From Promethearchaeota archaeon (GTDB lineage: Archaea; Asgardarchaeota; Lokiarchaeia; Sigyniarchaeales; SOKP01): 64,000 bases of DNA. The stretch is taken from the NCBI GenBank assembly GCA_016839555.1, contig JAEOUA010000003.1, forward strand, positions 1-64,000. The letters run 5' to 3'. This document shows positions 19,838 through 30,645 of the stretch, piece by piece. Position 1 is the first letter of the stretch. Each line of letters begins with the position of its first letter. The notes beneath the pieces were generated by a model that saw only the letters and a program-made list of their open reading frames with translations, was not told where the DNA came from and made no database searches. A program made the translations under genes and the position numbers.

Positions 19838-21079
19838 CTAGCGCTTAGCTAGTTTTTCAAGTGCTCTATCTATCATCTCTATTTTCATTGAATATTTTTC
19901 CATTAATTCCATGAATTCTTTTCCATCAATTTCATTGTTTTGTTTCAAGGTCTTTAGTTCATTAATCGCCCGTAACATTCCTGCTTTTTTATCTAATAAC
20001 TTTTCTTTTTTTGAATAAGGAATCTTCTTCTCCAATTTTTTCTTTTTAAAACGCTGGAAACGGTATTGATTAACATCTTTTGGGACAAAATGTGTTAAAA
20101 AAATAGTTGCTTTTGGTACGAAGGGTGCCAAATTTTCAGGAATTATAACGATTGGTTCAGGATCTTGAATTTTTTTAATTTGTTCATAATCTAAGCTCTC
20201 AACTTTATTTATATCAATATCATCTTCTACAATAGATAAATTAGTCTCTAAAATTTCTCTCTCAGTGCTTGAAATGTCTTTTAACGTTTCAATCATTAAT
20301 GTCCAAATCTTATTTGCTTTTTCAAAGTAAAAATTTGCTTTTTGCTTTAGTTTTAACACACGATCTTGATTTATTGTAGTAATTGAAGAATTTTTAGAAG
20401 CTTCAGCTTTAAGAAAACATGCTTTTCCCATATCATAATGGAATTGAGCCCTTATTTGTTGTTTCTTTTTTTCCTCGTGCTTTTTTAAATAAAGTAGCCT
20501 TTTAGAAAGAGCAGAAAGCCCGGAATATAGTTTTGAGGCAAAATATAAATTGTTCTGCTTCTCTTCTCTATTAGCAGCAATACTCTGGCTAAGAATTCTT
20601 GTCTCTTCGGAATTCAATTCCAAATTTTCAGATAATAGTGTTTTCCCAATTTTTCTTTGATAAATGGAAGCAGCACTGAAATATGCTGCAGCTTTATACA
20701 TTTTGCTGCTCTCTAGCATAGAAATAATAGCATTTTCCCATTCTTCCTCCTCTTCAAATCGCTCAGAAAGTGTACTATAAGCTTTTGCCAATACCCACAA
20801 TACTCGAGCACATTCATACATTATATCATTAATTTCAATATCTATATTTTCTTCGGGATCATGAAAATATCGAGTAATATCTAATTCTTGAAGTATTTCA
20901 TCATGCGGATCTGTCCCATAGTTCACATTTAATATTCGAGTATATTCTAAAATATAATTTAAATCATCCAAATCGATATTTCCTTCATTTTTTTCTAAAT
21001 CTTCTTCTAAATGTTTAATATTAAAATGTAGGAATCGAATCCTTCTAAGCAACTCTTCATCAGAGAAATATTTTTTCAT
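19838..21079 (-). CDS. Hypothetical alpha-helical (TPR-like) protein
   Basis: Long ORF with Ala/Tyr-rich helical pairs; no recognisable motif. Confidence 0.65.
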   Translation of the reverse strand: MKKYFSDEELLRRIRFLHFNIKHLEEDLEKNEGNIDLDDLNYILEYTRILNVNYGTDPHDEILQELDITRYFHDPEENIDIEINDIMYECARVLWVLAKAYSTLSERFEEEEEWENAIISMLESSKMYKAAAYFSAASIYQRKIGKTLLSENLELNSEETRILSQSIAANREEKQNNLYFASKLYSGLSALSKRLLYLKKHEEKKKQQIRAQFHYDMGKACFLKAEASKNSSITTINQDRVLKLKQKANFYFEKANKIWTLMIETLKDISSTEREILETNLSIVEDDIDINKVESLDYEQIKKIQDPEPIVIIPENLAPFVPKATIFLTHFVPKDVNQYRFQRFKKKKLEKKIPYSKKEKLLDKKAGMLRAINELKTLKQNNEIDGKEFMELMEKYSMKIEMIDRALEKLAKR

Positions 21080-21189
21080 TTTAGTTCTTAACCAATCATA
21101 ATTTTATTTAAATATATTAATTCATCATTAATTACTTTAATTACAACTTAACTTTAAAGTTCAAAATAGATTGTTAAGAAATATCACTT

Positions 21190-22488
21190 ATGTCTAACAA
21201 AACTCTATTTATTTTTGAATTTGTTTCTGGGGGTGGTTTTAATAAAATAGATATTCCAGTATCATTATTTTGCGAAGGTTTTGCTATGCTACGTTCAATT
21301 ATAGAAGATTTTAAAGAGCTAAATTTTAACATCACCATTCTATTAGATAGAAGAATTCAATTATTATCATACTTATTAAAAGTTGATCAAATAAACATTG
21401 TAAATAAAACCTCTAATTATTTAAAAAAATTTACTAAATCTGTGGAAAAAAACGAATATTGTTATATAATAGCTCCTGAATTTTCTGAAATACTCTACAA
21501 TTTAACAAATATAGTAAAAGTTAAAAATAAGAATCTTCTGAGTGTTAATTTATCGGGAATTAAATTAGCGACTCATAAATTTAAAACATTTGAATTTTTC
21601 AATAAAAATCATATTAACACTCCAAAAACTTATCTCATCCCACATGTAGAAAATCATTTTGATAGGGATTTTATTATTGAAATGTTTAGGCGATTCAATT
21701 GTCCCGTTGTGATTAAACAAGAAGATGGAGTAGGAGCAGAAGGGATTTTTTATATTGAAACGGAAGAACAAATTCATAAATTATTTACCGATCCAGAAGA
21801 AAAATTAGAGAGAGAAAAAGATTATATCCTTCAAGAATATATTGAAGGAGAGCACTTAAGTGTATCATTAATTGGAACCCCTAGTATTCCAATAATATTA
21901 AGCATAAATGCTCAAAATGTAGATTTGACGACTAAAAATAATAAATCCAAGTATTTTGGTGGATATACTCCTATAGAAAATTTTAAGGAAATTAAACAAG
22001 AATTATTGAAGATATTCAATAAATTAAATCTTTCTGATCTCCCAAGTTATTATGGGATTGATTTTATAAGGAAACGAGACGGAAAAATTTATTTTATAGA
22101 AATAAATCCCCGATTAACAACCTCCTATATTGGAATAAGAAATATAATAGATTGCAATCCGGCCAAACTCATTCTAAACTCTAAATTAAAACAATTACAA
22201 CATATCGACTTTAAATATAATTTCTTTTCTAAATTTCTAAGATTAGAGTTTGAATATCTAGGTAATAAAAATATTGAAGAGATTTATACTTTGATTATAC
22301 CAAAACTAACTAAACTTATTCCCGAATTCATAACTCCTCCAATTACTTTCAAGGCTTCTTCCTCTGAGGAAAAATTCAATTATTCATGTTTTATTGCGAC
22401 GAAAACAAAGAACTCTAACCAATCAGAAAAAAGATTGAAAGCAATTATAAGTTTATTAGAAGATTTTCAATTTAATGTTATCAAATAG
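21190..22488 (+). CDS. ATP-grasp ligase, MfnD (tyramine-glutamate ligase)-like
   Basis: IFEFVSGGG, EGFAML, IAPE, K..DGVG, QEYIEG, IEINPRLTTSY. Confidence 0.8.
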   Translation: MSNKTLFIFEFVSGGGFNKIDIPVSLFCEGFAMLRSIIEDFKELNFNITILLDRRIQLLSYLLKVDQINIVNKTSNYLKKFTKSVEKNEYCYIIAPEFSEILYNLTNIVKVKNKNLLSVNLSGIKLATHKFKTFEFFNKNHINTPKTYLIPHVENHFDRDFIIEMFRRFNCPVVIKQEDGVGAEGIFYIETEEQIHKLFTDPEEKLEREKDYILQEYIEGEHLSVSLIGTPSIPIILSINAQNVDLTTKNNKSKYFGGYTPIENFKEIKQELLKIFNKLNLSDLPSYYGIDFIRKRDGKIYFIEINPRLTTSYIGIRNIIDCNPAKLILNSKLKQLQHIDFKYNFFSKFLRLEFEYLGNKNIEEIYTLIIPKLTKLIPEFITPPITFKASSSEEKFNYSCFIATKTKNSNQSEKRLKAIISLLEDFQFNVIK

Positions 22489-22691
22489 AAATATTTTAGA
22501 TTGGGATAGAAATCTTTATCATAATAGAGAACTTATGATGTATTATATATATTATTTTAGTGGGTGAAAGTCTTATTTATTAAAAAACATATAATAAACT
22601 TTTATGAAGGAATTTTAAAAAGAACCTAAAGATTAAAATAAGATGGTAAAAAATATATTCTATAATAAAAATTATAATTATTTGATAAAAA

Positions 22692-24128
22692 ATGTTTGAA
22701 AATAATGCTAAAGACCTTGAAAAAAGAAAAGATACAGAATCCCCAGATATTTTTAATTATTTGCGAGAAGAAATTCCTATAGAAGATTTAAAGGATTATG
22801 CCTCACCAAAAAGATTAAAATCTATCGATTTTGTAAAAGGATTTGCTATTATATTTATTATATTCTCACACACTTCTGCTGAATGGTTTTCTGAGGAATG
22901 GGCGTTTTTACATTGTGTTCTTTTTCCGATTCTAGATATTCTGGGTCCCGCACTTTTCATATTTCTATCAGCATTATCAGTAATTTTTTCTGTGAAACTC
23001 AAGCAAGGGATCTTACCCGAAATGGTAATCAGAAACCGCATTCTATCGAGGGGTCTCTCAATAATGTTAATAGGAGCACTATTTAATATGTTATATTCTT
23101 ATACTGGAGAATATTTAATGCCTTTTCCATATAATATCCTTCCTTCTCCCCATTGGATAGCCTCAAATCCATTTCCTCTTAATTTATGGGGTTGGAATAT
23201 TCTTTTCTTTCTTGGTTTTACTCAGATACTCTCTTATTTATCGCTGAAATTAGATAAAAAAACGAGAATTTTTTTGGGTTTACTAGTAATATTTTTTGGC
23301 CCCGCTATACGGGAAATAATTTATTATGCTAATCTTGAAATGTATTCTCCTTTTAATGAATTTGATTTTGTAGTATATTTTCTAAACTTTATAATATCTT
23401 CTCCAATCCCTCAATTAACGTTACTACCTTGGATAAGTATTATATTTATCTCAACTGTATTTGGAGAATATTTATATAATTCCATGATGAAAGGAACTAA
23501 GCAGGAATTGATATATTTATCCCGTGTTTTCCTTATTTGGGGCTCAATATTTTTGATTGTTGGGATTATTGTCGGGTTTCGATTGCACATACCAAACCTT
23601 TTTGATCCAGGAAAATCTACTTTATATACTTTTATCGATTTAGTTTTGTGTGCTAATGAACAGTATATCGTACCAGAAATCAGGATGGCTGGTATGCCAG
23701 AATTTATGGTACGTGGAATGACATCAAACATGCTCTATTTAATTGGATGGTCTCTTTTACTTGTTGCTATCAGTCTTCATTTTCTTGATATTAAAGAAAA
23801 AAAAAATACTTTTACAGAGATGCTTGTATTTTATGGAAAAGTGTCGCTTTCGCTATTTTTGTTTGTGTTTGCTTTTGATTTCTTATTTTATGAAATATTT
23901 CCAATTTGGTTTTTCTTACCTGCTACATTCGGAATCACAGGTCTGCTGGGATTCTTAATGTATATTTGGTTGAAATATTTCAGAGGTGTTGGCAGTCCTG
24001 AATGGATTATGGTGGAAATTAGTAGAGTTACACAAAAAACTGAAGAAAGTATTAAAAAGACGGAAGAAACTATCAAAGAAAAAATTAAACCAAAAATGGA
24101 TGAGACAGAAATCAGCTCTAAGTCTTAA
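22692..24128 (+). CDS. HGSNAT/DUF1624-like membrane acyltransferase
   Basis: RLKSIDFVKGFAII..I..H and LF.FLS; about 11 TM helices. Confidence 0.75.
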   Translation: MFENNAKDLEKRKDTESPDIFNYLREEIPIEDLKDYASPKRLKSIDFVKGFAIIFIIFSHTSAEWFSEEWAFLHCVLFPILDILGPALFIFLSALSVIFSVKLKQGILPEMVIRNRILSRGLSIMLIGALFNMLYSYTGEYLMPFPYNILPSPHWIASNPFPLNLWGWNILFFLGFTQILSYLSLKLDKKTRIFLGLLVIFFGPAIREIIYYANLEMYSPFNEFDFVVYFLNFIISSPIPQLTLLPWISIIFISTVFGEYLYNSMMKGTKQELIYLSRVFLIWGSIFLIVGIIVGFRLHIPNLFDPGKSTLYTFIDLVLCANEQYIVPEIRMAGMPEFMVRGMTSNMLYLIGWSLLLVAISLHFLDIKEKKNTFTEMLVFYGKVSLSLFLFVFAFDFLFYEIFPIWFFLPATFGITGLLGFLMYIWLKYFRGVGSPEWIMVEISRVTQKTEESIKKTEETIKEKIKPKMDETEISSKS

Positions 24129-24373
24129 TAATTAATCTCTTTTTTTTATTTTATTTCTTTACTACTTATACAGAATAAGCTATTTAAAAAAAATATAAAA
24201 ATATTAATGAGTTAATAATGAATAGAAGTAACTAACACATATTATATTTTTAAATAGATACAAGTTTAATTATTAAATATATTAATATCACTATATATTA
24301 CTTTATCTTATAAGATTTTTTTAAAAAGAGGATAGAAAGGAATAATATTTACAACCATTATTTTTATTAGATA

Positions 24374-24871
24374 ATGCTAAAATATAAAATAACCCTGTTT
24401 GGACCCGCTGCAGTAGGCAAAACAAGTATTTTACTTAGATATATTAAGGATTTCTTTTCTCATAATCTTAAAAAGACCATAGGAAGCAATTTTTTAGTTA
24501 AAGATCTTGTTATTGATGGAAAGGATGTAAGGTTAATGTTATGGGATATAGGTGGTCAAGAACGTTTCAGTTCTATTAGATCTATCTATTTCAAGGGAAG
24601 TAATGCAGCCTTAGGAGTATATGATATAACTAATAAACAAACTCTTCTTAAAATTCCCGGTTGGGTTAGTTCTATTAAAAAATCCGTTAAGAAGGGAATA
24701 CCTATGATTTTAGTGGGTAATAAAATTGATTTAGAAAGAAAAGTAGATAAAAAAGAGGGAGAGGATTTAGCAAAAAGATTAGGTTGTGATTATATGGAAA
24801 CCTCCGCCAAAACGGGGGAAAATGTAAGTATGGTATTCGAAAAACTTGCGAAAGCTTGTTTAGAAGGCTAA
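24374..24871 (+). CDS. Rab-like small GTPase
   Basis: G1 GPAAVGKT, G2 TIG, G3 WDIGGQE, G4 NKID, G5 ETSAK. Confidence 0.95.
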   Translation: MLKYKITLFGPAAVGKTSILLRYIKDFFSHNLKKTIGSNFLVKDLVIDGKDVRLMLWDIGGQERFSSIRSIYFKGSNAALGVYDITNKQTLLKIPGWVSSIKKSVKKGIPMILVGNKIDLERKVDKKEGEDLAKRLGCDYMETSAKTGENVSMVFEKLAKACLEG

Positions 24872-24924
24872 TTTTTATTTGTTAGAAAAAAGAATATTAT
24901 TAAATTACCTCTAATATTTATTAT

Positions 24925-25557
24925 TTATTCAAATAAGATTCCCAATTTTTTAAAGTCTTTAATTAGTGATGAATAATCAATAAAAATTAAACCCATAATA
25001 CCTAGTTCTTCAGCAGCTTTAATATTTTTGAAGCCATCATCAATATATAATATTTCATCCGGGTCACATTGTGCCTTCTTAATAGCTAATTCAAAAATTT
25101 TACGCTCTGGCTTCATTAAATGTACCTTATGAGATAAAATAATTTCATCAAAATATTTTAGGAAATTACAATTGCTTTTGTTTAAATAGGCCCAATGACT
25201 TTCGTTGACATTTGAGAGACATAGGATTCTATAAAACTTAGTTTGATTGAGAATTTTAAGTAATTTAACCATATCTTTATTAATTCCACGAATAATCATA
25301 TTAAATGCATTAAAAAATCTAGATTTAGTAATTTTATTTTTATCTAATTTAAGAATATCACAAGAAAGATGATAAAAGCTTTCATCATCCATTTCACCTT
25401 TATGATATTTATCAGATTGTTTAAAAAATTTTAACATAAAAGGAGTTTTTGGTCGGGCTAAAGGAAATGGAGAATATATTTCTTGAAAGAATTCAGAAAT
25501 ATCTAATTCTACAATTACTCCGCCAAGGTCAAAAATAATCGCTTTAAATTTCTGCAT
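24925..25557 (-). CDS. HAD-family phosphatase (YihX-like); start moved to ATG 25557
   Basis: FDLGGV, LSN, KP, IDD. The longer track ORF overlaps thrS. Confidence 0.88.
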   Translation of the reverse strand: MQKFKAIIFDLGGVIVELDISEFFQEIYSPFPLARPKTPFMLKFFKQSDKYHKGEMDDESFYHLSCDILKLDKNKITKSRFFNAFNMIIRGINKDMVKLLKILNQTKFYRILCLSNVNESHWAYLNKSNCNFLKYFDEIILSHKVHLMKPERKIFELAIKKAQCDPDEILYIDDGFKNIKAAEELGIMGLIFIDYSSLIKDFKKLGILFE

Positions 25558-25564
25558 TATTCCC

Positions 25565-27622
25565 TCATTTTCTGAAAAAAACTTTTGTGGAAAATCTTCG
25601 AAAAGGTATTGGGAGTTTATATTTAGGATATCCCTTTGTTTCTTGGTCAAGCATATTTAATAATTCTTCGATTTTAATACTGTTAATTTGTTTTGATGTA
25701 CGGTTTTTTGCCCCAATCGGCTCCCCAATTAATCTTTTTCGAATAGAGATAGTTTGATTAGATTCTTCCTTTTGACCAATAATAATTGTATACGGAATCC
25801 AATCGATTTCAGCTTTTCTAATTTTTTTATTAATTCTTTCATCCCTATCATCAAAATCCGTTCTATAACCCGTTTGATTTAATAATTTTAATAGTTTTTC
25901 AGCATATTGGTTTTGATCTTGACTTATGGTTAATATTCGAACTTGGATAGGTGAAAGCCATGTTTTAAATCCTGGTACTATTTTATCTATTTCTCTTTCA
26001 GCGGTTTCTAATAAACCCCATAAAATTCTTTCAAGAGCTCCTGATGGTGAATTATGCAAAATTATTGGATGTTTTATCTTACCATCTTTATCTTCAAATG
26101 AAATATTATATTTTTGCCGCTTTTTTCCATCTTGTTCTATATAATCTAAAGAGCTTTCAACATCTAATTGAATAGTTGCTAATGTAGCGCTTTTGTTTTG
26201 TGCTGATAAGACAGCCCTTTCAAACTTTAATATGAAATAATAATATCTTTCCTCCCATAATTCTAAGAGAGCGGGTTGGTTTTCAGATTTGACTAATTGT
26301 TTAATCCATTGTTGGTTTTCCCGGTAAAAATCTCTTGTAACTCTAAAAATTATATAGGACTTTAATCCTAAATCTTCCATTATAGCTTTATCTAATTCAT
26401 ACTGTTTTTTAAATTCTTTAATAGAAGAGGGGATATCTTTACAAAGGGTATGAAAATCTGGCATTACAAAACCCCGTAATCTCCGTAAAGCAGTAAGTTC
26501 TCCTTCTTGTTCTCTGCGAAAATCGTACTGTTCCCATTCGTATACTCTTAATGGAAAATATTCTGGTTTCAAATTCATACTACTAAACATATCAAATTGC
26601 AAAAAATCTCCGGCAAATCGCAAAAGATACCTATCCCGTCCTGATTCAACCCAATATGTTCTCGCGGGAAAGCGCGCTGTTTGTGCGGTTAATTTATCAT
26701 TTTTTACGGTATACATTAAAGGAGTATCCACTAAAATCGCCCCAAAATCGATGAGTTTATCTTCTAAATAATTTTTAATTAGATTTTTCATAATTACTCC
26801 CTTAGTATACCATCTTAGATTCCCGGGATCAGTGTTTGGTTCAAAATCAACCAGTTCAAATTCTTGCATTGCTTTAATATGTGGTGGTTCCTCTCCTGTA
26901 TCTTCCCTTGGGACTCCTAACTCTGATTCAAGAAAAAGCATAAAATCATCATTTTTAATACCCTCTAAATTTTTAATTTTTTTCTGATCATCAAATTCTA
27001 TATCGAGTTCTTTCCCGTTTGGTGTAATAACCATAAAATTTGCATTTTCAAAATGTTCTTCTGGCTGAATATAAAGCTTCACATCCCTATACATTTCTGC
27101 TAATTCATGTCCAAGACACTGTATTTTGAAAGCTTTATACCATCCAAAAGGTGAGAATTCTGCTTCTATTCCCCTCTCCTCAAGCTTTTTTGCTATCGAA
27201 GGGCACACTTCCATCGCTTTAGGATCGTTGCTAAGAAATTTGCTCAAATGCGCCCAAGGATATACTAATACTTTATCAACATGGTATTTTGTATGATCTA
27301 ATATTAATTCTTTTAATTCTCTCTTTTTTCCTGATATTTTGCCATTATCTATTTTTTTATTATGTTCTCTTATTTCTTCATTTTTTTGACGGATTTTTTC
27401 TGGAAATTCTGTAATTGAAAAGATTGCTTGTTCAATTACATCAGCTCCTTGTTTTGAAATAATTTCTATATCATATGTATCTTGATCTTCTACGGATACA
27501 AACGCAACTAAAATTAGTCCTTCCATTTTAATGATATCTTTTTTAAACTCTTGAGCAATGGTAGTGGCGATACTTTTTTTTTGAACTTCAATACCTTCTG
27601 AATGAATTAATAAAATTTTCAT
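25565..27622 (-). CDS. thrS: Archaeal threonyl-tRNA synthetase
   Basis: MKILLIH editing domain, VYPWAHLS, PFGWYKAF, FRREQ.GEL..L.RLR.F.MPD.H, LH.SPSGALER, anticodon-binding domain. Confidence 0.97.
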   Translation of the reverse strand: MKILLIHSEGIEVQKKSIATTIAQEFKKDIIKMEGLILVAFVSVEDQDTYDIEIISKQGADVIEQAIFSITEFPEKIRQKNEEIREHNKKIDNGKISGKKRELKELILDHTKYHVDKVLVYPWAHLSKFLSNDPKAMEVCPSIAKKLEERGIEAEFSPFGWYKAFKIQCLGHELAEMYRDVKLYIQPEEHFENANFMVITPNGKELDIEFDDQKKIKNLEGIKNDDFMLFLESELGVPREDTGEEPPHIKAMQEFELVDFEPNTDPGNLRWYTKGVIMKNLIKNYLEDKLIDFGAILVDTPLMYTVKNDKLTAQTARFPARTYWVESGRDRYLLRFAGDFLQFDMFSSMNLKPEYFPLRVYEWEQYDFRREQEGELTALRRLRGFVMPDFHTLCKDIPSSIKEFKKQYELDKAIMEDLGLKSYIIFRVTRDFYRENQQWIKQLVKSENQPALLELWEERYYYFILKFERAVLSAQNKSATLATIQLDVESSLDYIEQDGKKRQKYNISFEDKDGKIKHPIILHNSPSGALERILWGLLETAEREIDKIVPGFKTWLSPIQVRILTISQDQNQYAEKLLKLLNQTGYRTDFDDRDERINKKIRKAEIDWIPYTIIIGQKEESNQTISIRKRLIGEPIGAKNRTSKQINSIKIEELLNMLDQETKGYPKYKLPIPFRRFSTKVFFRK

Positions 27623-27806
27623 TGTAATCTATTTCAGTAAATGATTTTCTTGAAAATATATTATTGAAAATTAAAAAAGTTCATTTAATTGATAATTATA
27701 ATATTAAGAATTAAAAATTAAGAATTCAAATTAATTATTACTAAAATTCTTAAAAGCATATTAGCTTAATATAATACAATAATAAATAGAAATAGATGAG
27801 AAAGAA

Positions 27807-28421
27807 TTGAAGGAAAACTTTTCGAAAGTTACAAATGCATTAAACGAGTTAGATGAAGATCGAGAGCATATTTTGAAGATTTCCAGAGAAATTATCCGAG
27901 ATTGTAGTGTTGCTATCAAAACTATTCATAGACAAGAATTAAATGAATACCAAAAAAGAATTAAAAATATTGAAGAAAGTTTGAAAAATTTGAAAGCGCT
28001 CGTGAATAAAAATCCAGGATATTTTTATAAATATCTTAAAACTCCAGAACAAGAATATGCTGAGGCAATTATTCTACATTCAATAACTACTGAACAAGAT
28101 ATTCCTACTCATTTATCACTTAATATCGATCCACTTCACTATGTTTTAGGATTTGGAGATGTAATTGGTGAATTACGAAGATTTATTTTAGATATGATTA
28201 GGGAATCTAATATCGAAGGAATAAATAAAATACTGGAAAAAATGGATGAGATATATTCTCATTTATTTTCATTAGATTATCCAAGCGGTTTGACCAAAGA
28301 TTTAAGACATAAAACCGATAATGCAAGAAAATTATTGGAAAAAACACGTGGAGATATTTCTTTATCAGTTCAAATGAATACACTATCTAAGCTTTTAAAA
28401 GAGAAGAATAAAGAAACATAA
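27807..28421 (+). CDS. Translin/Trax (C3PO) family protein
   Basis: RE.ILKISREI, QEYAEA, YVLG.GDVIGELRR, LRHK.D. Confidence 0.85.
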   Translation: MKENFSKVTNALNELDEDREHILKISREIIRDCSVAIKTIHRQELNEYQKRIKNIEESLKNLKALVNKNPGYFYKYLKTPEQEYAEAIILHSITTEQDIPTHLSLNIDPLHYVLGFGDVIGELRRFILDMIRESNIEGINKILEKMDEIYSHLFSLDYPSGLTKDLRHKTDNARKLLEKTRGDISLSVQMNTLSKLLKEKNKET

Positions 28422-28608
28422 TCTTTAATTTCTTTATGAAGAATTATACTTTTACTAGTAATATTCCTTTTTTTAACAGTAATTTTGGGAAAAACTTATA
28501 AAAAAATTCTAATAAAATCAATTATTTTAAAACTCAAAGCAATGAATTGAGAAATCATCTAGAATTTTAAGAGATTTATTATTTAACTAAAAACCTTTAT
28601 AAAAACTC

Positions 28609-30174
28609 ATGCCTTTTGAAACCGAAAAAATTAAAAGAAAAGCGAATGAAAATTACGAAGAAGCGTGGTTGGAATCAAAAAAATATCTAAAATTGAAGGG
28701 TAAGTATTTTACCATTGAAAAAAAAGGAAAAGCTCATCCAATCCAAACATTCATTTCCGACGCAAGAAAAAAGATGATTGATTTTGGTTTCGAAGAATTA
28801 ATGTTACCTATGTTTGTTGAGGAGAGTGAAATCTATAAACAATATGGACCAGAGGCAGCCTTAATTCTTGACAGATTATTTTATTTAGCAGGGTTACCAC
28901 GTCCAGATATTGGGATCTCTGATAAAAAGGTCGAAAAAATTAGAAGTATTATCCCAAATTTTAATAAAGTTGAAGAATTAAAACAAATTTTTAGAGATTA
29001 TAAGAAAGGCGATATTGAGGCTGATGATTTAATAGAAGTATTTATTGAAAATTTAGCAATTAAAGAAAGCAAAGCAACAAAGATCATTGATGAAATATTT
29101 CCCGAATTTAAATCTTTAAGACCAATTCCGACTAAAATAACGCTGCGAAGCCATACTACTGCTTTATGGTTTAGAGTTTTAAGTGTGCTTAGCAAAAAAA
29201 AGCAATTACCACTACAATATTTTTCTGTCGCAAAAAAATTTAGAAGAGAGCAAAAATTAGATGCAACTCATTTATACGATTCCTATACCCTTTCATTAGT
29301 TATCATGGCGGAGGAGATGTCATTAGAGGATTGTCAAACAATATCCATGCAAATATGCAAAAAATTAGGATTTGAAGAAAGTAAAGCAGAGATTAAAAAG
29401 GCTACCTCAAAATATTATGCCCCTCAAACTGAATTTGAAATCTTTGTGGAGCATCCCAAAACGGGAGATTGGATTGAAATTGGAGATGGAGGATTTTATA
29501 GCCCTGTGAGTTTAGCTCAATACGATATTGAGTACCCTGTATTTAATATTGGTTTTGGTATAGAAAGAATATGTATGATAAAAACAGGTATCGAAGATAT
29601 TAGGAAACTCGTATATCCTTATTTATATGAAGATATAACATTTACTGATGAAGAAATCGCAAAAGGAATAAATTATAAATATACCCCTTTAACTGAAAAG
29701 GGAATAGAAATTAAAGATGCCATTATAGAAACAGCAATCAATAATAGAGAAAAATCCTCTCCCGTCGAAATCAATGTATGGGAGGGTATATTTAAGGATA
29801 AAAAGATTAAAGTCTCTATTTGGGAACATGATAAGGGAGTAAAATTACTTGGACCAGCAGCATTAAATAAAGTATGGGTTAAAAATGGAAATATTATTGG
29901 GTTACCTCCTAATGAAACCCCAGATGGCGCATATTTCATTGGGAAAACTTACTTGGAAGGTATAGCAAACGATATGGCATATAGTATTGAAGTTTTATTA
30001 GATCAGAATAAAAATTCTTCTGAATATCGTGTAAAAATGTGCTATAGAGCATCTGAAGTAAATTTAGAAATTGACGATGTTATTATGGAATATATCCATT
30101 CTGCTCAGAATAAAATAGATATAAGAGGTCCCGTATTTATAGGATTATCGTTTGAAGTAATTAATAAAAAATAA
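28609..30174 (+). CDS. sepS: O-phosphoseryl-tRNA(Cys) synthetase
   Basis: IYKQYGPEAALILDRLFYLAGLPRPDIG, LRSHTT, FRREQ..DATHL, KYYAP.TE.E, LLGPAA.N. Confidence 0.95.
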   Translation: MPFETEKIKRKANENYEEAWLESKKYLKLKGKYFTIEKKGKAHPIQTFISDARKKMIDFGFEELMLPMFVEESEIYKQYGPEAALILDRLFYLAGLPRPDIGISDKKVEKIRSIIPNFNKVEELKQIFRDYKKGDIEADDLIEVFIENLAIKESKATKIIDEIFPEFKSLRPIPTKITLRSHTTALWFRVLSVLSKKKQLPLQYFSVAKKFRREQKLDATHLYDSYTLSLVIMAEEMSLEDCQTISMQICKKLGFEESKAEIKKATSKYYAPQTEFEIFVEHPKTGDWIEIGDGGFYSPVSLAQYDIEYPVFNIGFGIERICMIKTGIEDIRKLVYPYLYEDITFTDEEIAKGINYKYTPLTEKGIEIKDAIIETAINNREKSSPVEINVWEGIFKDKKIKVSIWEHDKGVKLLGPAALNKVWVKNGNIIGLPPNETPDGAYFIGKTYLEGIANDMAYSIEVLLDQNKNSSEYRVKMCYRASEVNLEIDDVIMEYIHSAQNKIDIRGPVFIGLSFEVINKK

Positions 30175-30194
30175 TTTAGCAGTGAGATGAAATA

Positions 30195-30629
30195 ATGACA
30201 AAAAAAATAATGATTGCAGGAACATTTGATATAATTCATCCAGGGCACTTATTTTTAATAAATGAGGCTGCTAAATTAGGTGATGTTTATGTTATTGTTG
30301 CAACAGATAAAAATAGAGAAAGATATGCGGGTGAACCTCCTATTGTCCCTGAAGAGCAAAGACTTGAGGTTGTAAGAGGTTTAAAGAATGTGAAAGATGC
30401 ACGATTAGGTCGTAGAGATAATAATACATTAAAAACCGTTGAGGAAATTGACCCAGATATTATTTTACTTGGACCAGACCAAAAATATAATATTAATGAT
30501 CTTAAAGAAGGATTAAAACAATTAAATTTGGATCATATTGAAGTTAGAAGGCTAAAAACATATTATGACAAATATGAATTAAATAGTTCAAGAAAAATAA
30601 AAGAAAAAATATCCAAGAGGGATTCCTAA
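30195..30629 (+). CDS. ribL: Archaeal FAD synthase
   Basis: GTFDIIHPGH, EEQRLE, PDIILLGPDQ, SS..IK. Confidence 0.88.
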   Translation: MTKKIMIAGTFDIIHPGHLFLINEAAKLGDVYVIVATDKNRERYAGEPPIVPEEQRLEVVRGLKNVKDARLGRRDNNTLKTVEEIDPDIILLGPDQKYNINDLKEGLKQLNLDHIEVRRLKTYYDKYELNSSRKIKEKISKRDS

Positions 30630-30645
30630 AAAATTTGTATTAATT

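Noticed and set aside
25558-25650. N-terminal extension of the HAD ORF overlapping thrS
   Set aside because: The HAD motif I starts just after ATG 25557, so the extension is an artefact of longest-ORF calling.
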